64,000 nucleotides of DNA from Candidatus Cloacimonadales bacterium (GTDB lineage: Bacteria > Cloacimonadota > Cloacimonadia > Cloacimonadales > JAFGVF01), in contig OY762964.1 in the NCBI GenBank assembly GCA_963667035.1, positions 160,001 to 224,000 on the forward strand, written 5' to 3'. The notes below the pieces were generated by a model, which was not told the origin of the DNA, searched no databases, and saw nothing but the letters and a program-made list of their open reading frames with translations. Shown here one piece after another: positions 42,478 to 51,869 of this stretch (positions are counted from its first letter, which is position 1; the number at the start of each line of letters is the position of its first letter). The translations under genes were made by a program, and so were the position numbers.

Positions 42478-42568
42478 TTTTCTCCCATTTCTCTCCAGTT
42501 TCTATCTCATTGCGAGCAACGGGAGACCAACGGGAGAGCAACGGGAGACTAACCAGAGAGCAACCTGT
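42478..42568. repeat. 11-bp-period array (GAGCAACGGGA-like x5) with degenerate inverted arm
   Basis: gagcaacggga gaccaacggga gagcaacggga gactaaccaga gagcaacctgt preceded by tctcccattt/tctccagttt units. Confidence 0.7.
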
Positions 42569-42612
42569 GGTTGGAGGAGGACTGGAAGGAGCTTAGAAAG
42601 AATCAGCCTTGA

Positions 42613-44001
42613 TGGCGAGTGACCCTTAAAAGTATCCACCCTAGGGAGGTCAAAGTTTTACCAAGAAAAATACTACGTAAACTACATGATATAATATCAT
42701 CAATAGAGACCGGTGTCTTTATGGGTTATATACTTGATAAAAATGCAGTTAATCAGTTAAAGGAATATTTTAATGAATTGGATTATTTCTAGAGAAATGC
42801 AGAGTAAATGTTTCATCCACGCAATGAGCGTAGCGAATGGAGGGGATGAAACATTCGCCTTGAATACTTGGATTATATATATCCTACAAAAAAAGAGTGC
42901 CAGCAATCTAAGAATCAGATATACTGACACTTATGTCATACTTAGAGATGAGATTACTCAGTAAAGAATTTAAGTCAAGAACTCTTTTACGGTATCAGAT
43001 GTATACTCTTTCAATGCAGCATGGCATATCTGAAACAGCTAGGATGTTAGGCACAACCAGAAAGACTGTTCGTCTCTGGAGAAATAGGTATCTTGAGCTT
43101 GGAGAGGCAGGTCTCGAGAATAAGTCCAGGGTTGGTCAGGAACATCCTCTGAAGATGCCAAAAGATATTGAAGATGCTATCATCAAAGAACGTAAAGATC
43201 GTGGCAATCCCGGAGCTCGCACTATAGTAAATAATCTGAAACTGCATTACTCAGCAAAGACCGTTCATAAGGTATTAAAGAGACATAAGCTTGTTCTGAA
43301 AAGAAAAACAAGATACAAGAAAAAGAAAGATATGTCAGCTGTAAGAGCACACTATAAGCCTATGCAGAAACTTCAGCTCGATGTTAAATATCTAAATGAT
43401 ATTGCTAAACAGAGTAGAGCATATGAGTCCGGTGCAATACCTATGTTTCAGATTACTGCCAGAGATTACAAGACAGGAATGGTATTTCTAGGCTTTACAA
43501 ACTATAAAGATGATCTCTCAACTGCCATTTTTGCGGATTACGTAATTGAATACCTAAAAGGGTTACATTGCTCTCCTAATGATATTACTTTCCAAACAGA
43601 TAACGGTACTGAATTTATTGAACCTCTTCATAGTAGAGTCACAATCTTTGAAGAAATCTTAAACAAGCATGGAGTAACTCATGTTCGTATACCTCCAAAA
43701 TCTCCAACATTCAACAGTGATGTAGAAAGCTTTCACAACACCATAGAACAAGAATTATATGATTATGAAGAGTTTAGAGACATTATATCTTTCATTAGTA
43801 AAGTCTTCATATATCAGACTTACTACAACCATATTCGTAAAATCAGGACTAGAGGTAACAAGGCCCCCGTTGAGTTAGTCGCAGAATATGGACTTAAGGC
43901 TAAAACTGCTGATTTATGCTTTATCCCCATATTCTGCGACTCTTTTAGAAAGAATTTTCTTGCTAACTACAAAACTGGATACTTTAAAGGGTTACCTCCC
44001 A
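42613..44001 (+). mobile_element. IS481/IS1202-like insertion sequence (about 1.39 kb, TGG...CCA ends)
   Basis: IRL TGGCGAGTGACCCTTAAAAGTATCCA versus reverse complement of IRR TGGGAGGTAACCCTTTAAAGTATCCA; no flanking duplication at this copy. Confidence 0.85.
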
Positions 44002-44069
44002 GCAAATACTTTAGAGTATTTAAACAGATAGAAAGCTATCTCAAGAAAAGAAAATTAAACTTGAAGTAA
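42933..44069 (+). CDS. IS481-like DDE transposase (HTH plus integrase core); reads through the right end
   Basis: ISETARMLGTTRKTVRLWRNRY HTH; LQLDVKY, FQTDNGTEF, NSDVESFHNT (D-D-E); YYNHIR. Confidence 0.9.
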   Translation: MSYLEMRLLSKEFKSRTLLRYQMYTLSMQHGISETARMLGTTRKTVRLWRNRYLELGEAGLENKSRVGQEHPLKMPKDIEDAIIKERKDRGNPGARTIVNNLKLHYSAKTVHKVLKRHKLVLKRKTRYKKKKDMSAVRAHYKPMQKLQLDVKYLNDIAKQSRAYESGAIPMFQITARDYKTGMVFLGFTNYKDDLSTAIFADYVIEYLKGLHCSPNDITFQTDNGTEFIEPLHSRVTIFEEILNKHGVTHVRIPPKSPTFNSDVESFHNTIEQELYDYEEFRDIISFISKVFIYQTYYNHIRKIRTRGNKAPVELVAEYGLKAKTADLCFIPIFCDSFRKNFLANYKTGYFKGLPPSKYFRVFKQIESYLKKRKLNLK

Positions 44070-44076
44070 AAAAAGT

Positions 44077-44105
44077 TTGACAGGATTAAATGTAATTATT
44101 AAAAT
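44077..44105 (+). promoter_or_regulatory. Sigma70-type promoter upstream of the S8 protease
   Basis: TTGACA-17 bp-TAAAAT. Confidence 0.6.
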
Positions 44106-44410
44106 CAAATAATAGATTAAAGTACACAGACATAAAATTTTATTGGGCAATAAGATTTAATATTTGGGTAAAACAGTTAACATTAACCTGATAGTGGTAT
44201 AATGTGAAGCGGAAAGAAAGGGAAGCACAATGATTCATTAACCTCCCATCAGGGCATTTGGATATGAGTGGAAGATTTTTTAATCCTTCACTTGTATTAA
44301 GGAGGGTAGTATTATGACTTTCAATTAGTACCAGAGTAATTTACTAAGAACCAATCCTTAAAAACCTACAGAAACTAATTTAACCAAACAAATAATCTAC
44401 GGAGAAATTA

Positions 44411-47400
44411 ATGAAACAGTATTTTATATTATGCATCTTACTTGTTACCGCTCTACTATCTGCAAATGTATTGGATAAAACAAATGTCTCGGTTCTGAAT
44501 CAGCTTTCCATACAATATCAACAAGAGTTTGAAAGAGAATATAATAGAGCTATATCCTTGGCTAAAAAAAATAATTGGCTAATTAATACTAGTGGTACTG
44601 ATGGCTCTGAAACTTCTTTAATAGAAGTCCGAAATGGAATTCCAATCTATTACGGAACTAATAATGCTAAAGCTGCAAAAACAATATCTACAAATGAAAT
44701 CACTGATACTGGATCTTCCCCTTTTCTAACAGGTTCTGGAATAGAAATCCGAATGTGGGATGGTTCAGGAATCATTAGAGACACACATAGGGAGTTTAAC
44801 GGAAGAATTACTTTAGGGGAAATCCCAACATTACAAGTTAAGGCTCATGGTACTAGTGTCGCAGGTACGATGATTGCTTCTGGTGTAAGCAGTAATGCAA
44901 AAGGTATGGCACCTAATGCAACGGTAAAAGATTTTAACTGGCATAATGATAAAGCGGAAATGGCTGCAGAAGCTGCTTCAGGAGCTCTACTTTCTAATCA
45001 TTCATACGGTGAAGTATGTGGATGGAGAGATGGAACATGGACGAGTTATTATAGCAGTTATGAAGACTACAGGTTTGGATTTTACTCAGACTCAGCTAGC
45101 GAATTAGATCAAATAACATATAGTGCTCCATATTATTTACAAGTTTGGTCAGCAGGAAATGATCGAAGTGATTATGCTCCTAATGATACACATCCAGATG
45201 ATGGACCTTATGACTGTATGGGACCCAAAAAGACTGCAAAAAACATTTTAACTGTTGGTGCAGTTGAAGATGTACCTAATGGTTATACTAATCCCAATTC
45301 AGTAATTATGACATCTTTTAGTAATTGGGGTCCTACCGATGATGGAAGGATTAAACCAGACATTTGTGCTAATGGTTATGAGTTATATACTTCGACTTCT
45401 GATAGTGATGATGCTTACGATAATGTATCTGGTACATCATTTGCAGCTCCATCAGTTACAGGATCATGTGCATTACTTCAACAGCATTACCATAATCTGA
45501 ATGGAACATATATGTTAGCTTCCACTTTAAAAGGTTTAGTAATAAACACTGCTGATGAGTGTGGTACAAGCGATGGTCCGGATTATGAATTTGGCTGGGG
45601 TTTAATGAATACTAAAGAAGCGATTGATACAATATCAGAAGACGGGATTAACTCATACATTGGTGAGTTTACTTTACATGATGGAGAAGTTTTCAGAATG
45701 GATGTATTCGTTCCAAATGCTCAAAGCTTAACTGCAACACTTTGTTGGACAGATGTACCAGGGAATCCTGTGCCAATACAAGTTGATCCAACAAACAGTA
45801 TGCTGGTAAATGATTTGGATATGAGAATCACTGACCAGAATAACAATACATTCTATCCATGGACACTTGATCCGGCAAATCCATCAAACCCAGCAGTGAA
45901 CACAGTTGATAATGCGATAGATAATGTTGAAAAAATTAACATAGACTGTCAAACATCGATTCATCGTATAACTATCTCACATAAAGGTACCTTAACATCT
46001 CCGCAGACATTTTCATTGATTTTAAATGGTGTAACTCCTCCTGAGATAGTATCGGGAGTTTTTGAATTGTCAAACAATCCAACATACTTTGGGACAGTTG
46101 AACTTACAATTCATAATGTGACAATCGGAAAGAGAAACACTACATTATTTGATGCTGATAATACATTTAGCTTATTTCTTAATTCATTTTGTGAATATGA
46201 ATTATTCTTTAGGCATAGCTCTTCAGAATACGAAAACTATTATGTCCATGTTCCTTTAGGTACTTCTACATTAGGATCATTAAGTACAATCCAATTCCCT
46301 TACAATCCAGACCATACATTAATAGTTGGGCAAGACTATCCAACAATACAAAATGCATTAGATAGGATCCAGAATGGTGGAGTTGTAGTTGTACCATCAG
46401 GGACATATACAGTAGACAACTTAACATGGCGAGATAAACATATTAAGTTGTTATCTATGCTTGCTGTACCTGCAACACTAACAAGTAGTACACATGCAAT
46501 TAACCTTGACTGGGAAGATCATGATAATACTGACATCATTGAAGGCTTTATCTTTGATGACTGTAATAATGCATATGAACCTACTGCATACGGACTTGCA
46601 ATAGCTCTTCATAACGGAGCCTCTCCACATGTTAAGAATTGTACATTTACTGATGCAAATTTAGAGTTCTTGCAAACTTCTACTCCTGATATATCTCAAC
46701 TTCAAGGGGCTGGAGCAACTGTAACAATTCAAGGTGTCCATAATCAAGTAAATAGTCCTTTGTTTACTAATTGTGATTTTAGTAATAATTTTGCAGGTAA
46801 TGCCCACGGTGGTGGTGCTGTAGCTCTATTTGGACAAGCTACTTTTGAGTATTGTACTTTCGATGGTAACTATTGCCAACAGATGAACGGTGCTAAGAGT
46901 ACAGGTGGAGCAATTTTAATTGCAAATCAAAATTATGTTAATACACCAGATTCAGAGATTTATACAGGTAACATTATCTTTGATCATTGTGTTTTTGTTG
47001 ATAATCAGTCTCAAGGTGGTGTCAATGATATTGATCTTGTGAGTAGCAAACTTCTAACATCCTTAAGTATTACTGATTGTTCTTTTGAAAGGACTACCGG
47101 AGCAATACCATCAGAGACTAATGCATCAAGTATTAGACTAATCGAGCATGATGTAAATGGCAATTTATTATGTCCTCATGAAATGGATTTAATCGTTGAA
47201 AGAAATACTTTCAAGAACTATGACTGCGGTATTGTTGATTTCTTCGATTACTGGGGAACATCATCACTAAGTTTTAGAAATAATGTAATTGATGTTTGTG
47301 ATAACTTCGGACTTTATGTAGATTATTCCGGTAGCTATGTTTCCAATTATGATTATTTCATTGCAGATAACAATACTTTCTTAAACATTGATGGTGATGG

Positions 47401-49198
47401 TATTGTACTCGATTGTGGAGATACTTATACATTACGTAATAACATATTCTCTAATATATCAGGTTATGGTGTAAAATGGGGACTTGGAGGAAGTTATGCT
47501 ACTGAGAATGTAAATATCAGTTATTGTCTCTTTAATCAGAATACATTAGGTGACTGGGATACAAATCTGAATGGAGTAATTAACGCAAGTAACAATCTTT
47601 TTAATGATCCAAATTTGGACTCAGCAGATTATAGACCAATTTGGGCCTCGACAGGGAAATCTCCATGCATAAATGCAGGAGATCCTGATTTGGATGGTGA
47701 TGGGATTAATTGGTTAACTGATACAGATGACCAGGATGATGCAGGCACTCAGATGGATATTGGTGCTAAAACATATCTTAATTCAATAAAACAGAATATT
47801 TATGAACTGAGCAATGACGAAGTGAAATATTTCTCAGTTCCTTCAGTGTATAATCCGGCAAATACAACCCATACATTCAATACTTGGGAAAATGTATTTA
47901 ATAAGCTTATTGATAATTTCGATTTTATGGAAATGAAATGGAAATGGAATGATTCCAATATTAATCACCCGAGTACTAATACCATTCCAAACCTATATGT
48001 TTGTTCTCAATATGGTTACAAAATCAAATACAACCCAAATGCTGCTAGTTTTACTTTACCATTCGAGTATGATGGTTTTCTACCGGGAAATACCAACAAT
48101 GCAGGAATGTATCTTAGTAATGAGAGTAGATACACAACTAAACTATATATTTTGGAACCCGAAGAGAATCAGCCTAATTGTGCATTCAATTTAACTACCG
48201 GTGTATTAGAAAGAGAGATATATCTCGGATATTACAAAGAAGGAAGTTTGAATCCATTTGTAGCACTTCAACCAATCATTAATGATATAACTGCAATATA
48301 TGCTGAGGACTGGGGAATGTCAAGAATGCCAGTTCCGGGTTATGTTTACCAGACAGGCGATGAGCCAAGTGACGCTTATACTGATAATTGGCTTGGTAGA
48401 ACAGAAGCTGATGCAGATATTGCAATCAATTATGGTGATATGGTAGTTGTTAAGTATATTGGAACTTCAAATGTCAAATTCAAATGGGGTGGTACAAATC
48501 CTAATCCACCATATTTGGATCAATATAAAAGAGTCATGGCTACTCATTTTGAATATGAAGAACAGCTTGAATATATGCCAATATATATTGATATTGATAT
48601 GGATGAATATGAAGATGGAGAAAAACCGGTTGAAGTCGCTGTTTTTGTTAATAAGAAATGTAAAGGTGCTGCGGTTATTAACGAAGGTCAGGCTCAATTA
48701 AATGCTTATGTTCTCAGTGATTCAACAACAGCAGTTAGTGAAATGACATTCCAGTTTTGGTTCCCAACTAAAAGCAAGTGTAAGAAAGTTCAGAATTACG
48801 AAGTATATAATCCTTTAAATGGTAAATATGAAAGAAAAATAGCTAATGTTAGTGATTATTCCGACTTCTTAAAAGTTTCTTTTAGTGATAAAGACCTAAA
48901 TGAAGGAATTGAAGTCCCAAGAGTTACTAAACTTACAGGCAACTATCCAAATCCTTTCAATCCTACTACAACAATCTTGTTTGATATTGCTAAGGATGGC
49001 AATGCCAAACTTGAAATCTTTAATATCAAAGGTCAGAAAGTAAAAACTTTGTTTAACGAAGAAATAAAGGCCGGAAGCTATAACATTAAATGGCATGGTG
49101 AAGATGATAATCATAAACCGTTAGCATCCGGAGTATACTTCTCACGCTTAACTACATCAGAAAAAGCATTGACAAAGAAAATGATTTTACTCAAATAA
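44411..49198 (+). CDS. Large secreted S8 (subtilisin-like) protease with parallel beta-helix region and T9SS type-A/FlgD-like C-terminal domain
   Basis: Triad WDGS / AHGTSVAG / SGTSFAAP; WGPTDDGRIKPDI; GNYPNPFNP...SGVYFSRL...KKMILLK. Confidence 0.92.
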   Translation: MKQYFILCILLVTALLSANVLDKTNVSVLNQLSIQYQQEFEREYNRAISLAKKNNWLINTSGTDGSETSLIEVRNGIPIYYGTNNAKAAKTISTNEITDTGSSPFLTGSGIEIRMWDGSGIIRDTHREFNGRITLGEIPTLQVKAHGTSVAGTMIASGVSSNAKGMAPNATVKDFNWHNDKAEMAAEAASGALLSNHSYGEVCGWRDGTWTSYYSSYEDYRFGFYSDSASELDQITYSAPYYLQVWSAGNDRSDYAPNDTHPDDGPYDCMGPKKTAKNILTVGAVEDVPNGYTNPNSVIMTSFSNWGPTDDGRIKPDICANGYELYTSTSDSDDAYDNVSGTSFAAPSVTGSCALLQQHYHNLNGTYMLASTLKGLVINTADECGTSDGPDYEFGWGLMNTKEAIDTISEDGINSYIGEFTLHDGEVFRMDVFVPNAQSLTATLCWTDVPGNPVPIQVDPTNSMLVNDLDMRITDQNNNTFYPWTLDPANPSNPAVNTVDNAIDNVEKINIDCQTSIHRITISHKGTLTSPQTFSLILNGVTPPEIVSGVFELSNNPTYFGTVELTIHNVTIGKRNTTLFDADNTFSLFLNSFCEYELFFRHSSSEYENYYVHVPLGTSTLGSLSTIQFPYNPDHTLIVGQDYPTIQNALDRIQNGGVVVVPSGTYTVDNLTWRDKHIKLLSMLAVPATLTSSTHAINLDWEDHDNTDIIEGFIFDDCNNAYEPTAYGLAIALHNGASPHVKNCTFTDANLEFLQTSTPDISQLQGAGATVTIQGVHNQVNSPLFTNCDFSNNFAGNAHGGGAVALFGQATFEYCTFDGNYCQQMNGAKSTGGAILIANQNYVNTPDSEIYTGNIIFDHCVFVDNQSQGGVNDIDLVSSKLLTSLSITDCSFERTTGAIPSETNASSIRLIEHDVNGNLLCPHEMDLIVERNTFKNYDCGIVDFFDYWGTSSLSFRNNVIDVCDNFGLYVDYSGSYVSNYDYFIADNNTFLNIDGDGIVLDCGDTYTLRNNIFSNISGYGVKWGLGGSYATENVNISYCLFNQNTLGDWDTNLNGVINASNNLFNDPNLDSADYRPIWASTGKSPCINAGDPDLDGDGINWLTDTDDQDDAGTQMDIGAKTYLNSIKQNIYELSNDEVKYFSVPSVYNPANTTHTFNTWENVFNKLIDNFDFMEMKWKWNDSNINHPSTNTIPNLYVCSQYGYKIKYNPNAASFTLPFEYDGFLPGNTNNAGMYLSNESRYTTKLYILEPEENQPNCAFNLTTGVLEREIYLGYYKEGSLNPFVALQPIINDITAIYAEDWGMSRMPVPGYVYQTGDEPSDAYTDNWLGRTEADADIAINYGDMVVVKYIGTSNVKFKWGGTNPNPPYLDQYKRVMATHFEYEEQLEYMPIYIDIDMDEYEDGEKPVEVAVFVNKKCKGAAVINEGQAQLNAYVLSDSTTAVSEMTFQFWFPTKSKCKKVQNYEVYNPLNGKYERKIANVSDYSDFLKVSFSDKDLNEGIEVPRVTKLTGNYPNPFNPTTTILFDIAKDGNAKLEIFNIKGQKVKTLFNEEIKAGSYNIKWHGEDDNHKPLASGVYFSRLTTSEKALTKKMILLK

Positions 49199-49211
49199 AT
49201 TGTTAAGTACA

Positions 49212-49233
49212 TGGGGAAGGGAGACCTTCCCCA
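49212..49233. terminator. GC-rich GNRA hairpin after the S8 gene, repeated before each tandem paralog
   Basis: tggggaagg-gaga-ccttcccca; copies with a gaaa loop near 51807 and 54411. Confidence 0.55.
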
Positions 49234-49274
49234 CATTCCTCTATGTTATTAATAAACAAGATGAGAGGTTGTTT

Positions 49275-51713
49275 TTGAAAAGATTCTTTTTAGTACTGAT
49301 ATGTTTTGCTTTGTTATTTCCTTTATTTGCTATGACATATTACGTTTCACAAGATGGCACTGCTGATTTCACTACTATTCAAGATGCGATTAATTTTAGC
49401 TCTGATACAGATTATATCATAGTGCATACGGGAAGATATATAGAACAAGTAAACACGAATGGAAAACAGTTAGTACTTGCAAGTATGTATCTCTATGACC
49501 CAAATCCTGACTACATAGAGAATACAATAATTGATGGGAGTAGGCTTTCGTGTATTACAGTTGAGAATGATGAGACAGTACATATAAATGGTTTTACATT
49601 AACAAATAATGAGTTGGAACCATACACTGACTTTTATACATCTGTTGGGGGAGGAGTATGTATTAAAGAGGACTCACATGTAACAATATCAAATTGTGTA
49701 ATCCGAAATTGTACTGCTAAATATGGTGGTGGAATTGGTATGACTCGAGGAGATGGGGCAGTAGAAATATCTAATGTGCAGATTTACCACAATCAGGCAT
49801 TTTATAGAGGTGGAGGAATTTATGTGGATACAGATTTTGAATTCATCTTTAATTCAGAAAACCTCTGTTCTGTCTTTGATAACAATGCAGCTACCGGTAT
49901 GGATATTATGCTATTTGATTATGACGATGATGAAACTTACCCAACAATAGATATAAATCTTGATATCTGTAGTAGAGCAATCGAAGAACCTGATCAATTC
50001 TTTATCGCGACAATGTATGCCCTTGCTGAGATAGATATTCAAAACAGCTACTTCGGAGAGATTGATAGTGATATCTATGTGTCTCCGTTGGGGGATGATG
50101 GCTATTCAGGAATCAATCCATCAGAGCCATTGCAAACTTTGAAGAAAGCCCTTCAGATGATAACTGTCAACCCTGATAACCCAAGAACAATACACCTTGG
50201 GACAGGAGTTTACTCTCAGACATTAAACAACCAAGTGTTTCCCTTAGCAGTTAAATCTAATGTTAGCATTATAGGTGAAGGACCTGAGCAAACGATTCTT
50301 GATGCTGAAGAATCTGCTTCCTTCTTTGGTATACTCAATTCCGAAAACATCAATATCTCAGGTCTTAGTTTAAATAACTCAAAACAAAGAGGAATACATG
50401 CAGTAATTGATTGCGTTGATAGCTCAGACATATCATATTTTAATATAAGTATTAATAATTTAGAATCAATTGGTTTTTTTTTTGATAGAAGTAGTAACAT
50501 TCTAATCTCAAATTGCATTCTTGAAACAGAACCTTCTGATAATAATTCGCTTAATAGTTTTATTGCGAATAGTTGTGATGACATTGTCATTAAAGGGTTT
50601 GTTTCAAAAAACCTTAAGATCACTAATATTGATCATAATGATATTGGAGTAAGATTTCAAGAATGCGATTTAAACATCTCAAATGCCATATTTACAGGTT
50701 GTGAAGCTGATGATGGAGCAATATTTAGTTTTCAGAATGCTTTAAACCCTGAATCAACTAAGCGATTGATAATGAACAATTGCCTTTTCTTTGATAATGA
50801 TGTAGATACTTGGCATTGGACTTTTGCTCCTGTGTATATTCAAGACAGATATCAAACACCGATTGTAACGAATTGTACATTTGCTAATAATAGTGGTAAC
50901 AGTTATTTTGTATATATCATTGGAGAAGTTGAACTCTCTAACTCAATTTTTTATAATCCTAGCTGTTATGGAGAATTGTATCTAAAAAATAGGTATGAGA
51001 ATATTTTTGTTAATCCCCCTGTGACAGTAATAGAAGATGTATATGTAAATAACTGCTCCTTTTCATCAAGTCAACCCTCAAGTACAATACCGGAGCAAGT
51101 ATACTTTACAGATTGCCTATACAATACAGATCCACTCTTTCTTGGTTCTGTTACAGATACTCTTAACATAGAAGATGTAAATTATTATCAACTATCCGAA
51201 AACTCTCCATGCATTGATGCCGGAACTGTAGATACACTTGGATTATACTTACCTGAGATAGACCTTGCGGGAAGACAAAGAGTATGGAATGATATTGTTG
51301 ATATGGGTGTATTTGAATATGGAGCACCGGTATCAATTCAGGATGAGACAAACTTAGTCCCACCTACACATATCCGGCATTCAGTATATCCTAATCCCGT
51401 TAACCTTGTTAAAGGACTTAGTTCATTTGTAAATATTGAATTTTCATTACCAAAGAAACCGATAGAGAGACCAACCTTGGAGATATACAATATCAGAGGG
51501 CAAAAGGTTAGAGATATTAAGATAACTCAGAGTTTCTCACAACTTGTTAGAAGTGCAGGTTTATCATCCGAGGATAAGCAGTCCGGAGAGTATTACTCAC
51601 AAGTATGGGATTGCAAGGATAACAATCGTAAATCTGTAGCCTCCGGAATATACTTCTATAAAGTCAGCTGTGAAGGCAATGAAGCTATTGGTAAGATGAT
51701 GGTGGTGAAGTAG
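49275..51713 (+). CDS. Secreted beta-helix (DUF1565-like) protein with T9SS type-A/FlgD-like C-terminal domain, tandem copy A
   Basis: YYVSQDGTADFTTIQ, IYVSPLGDD..SG...EP.QTLKKAL, SPCIDAG, DMGVFEY, YPNP; start TTG after GAGAGG RBS. Confidence 0.85.
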   Translation: MKRFFLVLICFALLFPLFAMTYYVSQDGTADFTTIQDAINFSSDTDYIIVHTGRYIEQVNTNGKQLVLASMYLYDPNPDYIENTIIDGSRLSCITVENDETVHINGFTLTNNELEPYTDFYTSVGGGVCIKEDSHVTISNCVIRNCTAKYGGGIGMTRGDGAVEISNVQIYHNQAFYRGGGIYVDTDFEFIFNSENLCSVFDNNAATGMDIMLFDYDDDETYPTIDINLDICSRAIEEPDQFFIATMYALAEIDIQNSYFGEIDSDIYVSPLGDDGYSGINPSEPLQTLKKALQMITVNPDNPRTIHLGTGVYSQTLNNQVFPLAVKSNVSIIGEGPEQTILDAEESASFFGILNSENINISGLSLNNSKQRGIHAVIDCVDSSDISYFNISINNLESIGFFFDRSSNILISNCILETEPSDNNSLNSFIANSCDDIVIKGFVSKNLKITNIDHNDIGVRFQECDLNISNAIFTGCEADDGAIFSFQNALNPESTKRLIMNNCLFFDNDVDTWHWTFAPVYIQDRYQTPIVTNCTFANNSGNSYFVYIIGEVELSNSIFYNPSCYGELYLKNRYENIFVNPPVTVIEDVYVNNCSFSSSQPSSTIPEQVYFTDCLYNTDPLFLGSVTDTLNIEDVNYYQLSENSPCIDAGTVDTLGLYLPEIDLAGRQRVWNDIVDMGVFEYGAPVSIQDETNLVPPTHIRHSVYPNPVNLVKGLSSFVNIEFSLPKKPIERPTLEIYNIRGQKVRDIKITQSFSQLVRSAGLSSEDKQSGEYYSQVWDCKDNNRKSVASGIYFYKVSCEGNEAIGKMMVVK

Positions 51714-51869
51714 TCGCAAATCTGTTTGTAATTTACACAATATTTTTTATAGAAGAGGAAATCTTGACAAAGAAAATGATTTTACTCAAATAAATTGTAA
51801 AGTACATGGGGAAGGGAAACCTTCCCCATATTTCTCTATGTTATTAAGAAACAAGATGAGAGGTTGTTT

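Noticed and set aside
42773..42964. 63-aa ORF in the IS left region as an accessory or frameshift partner
   Set aside because: The downstream transposase already contains both HTH and DDE domains; no clear slippery site or motif.
44220..44275. Resemblance to a c-di-GMP-II riboswitch (GGAAGC..UGA...GGGCAUUU..UGGAAG)
   Set aside because: The 3' pseudoknot strand (AGUGCAACC-like) is absent.
49200..49274. ORF-track start of copy A at 49200, and the hairpin as an integron attC site
   Set aside because: The RBS and paralogs place the start at 49269-49275; no RYYYAAC/GTTRRRY core pair and no integrase in the window.
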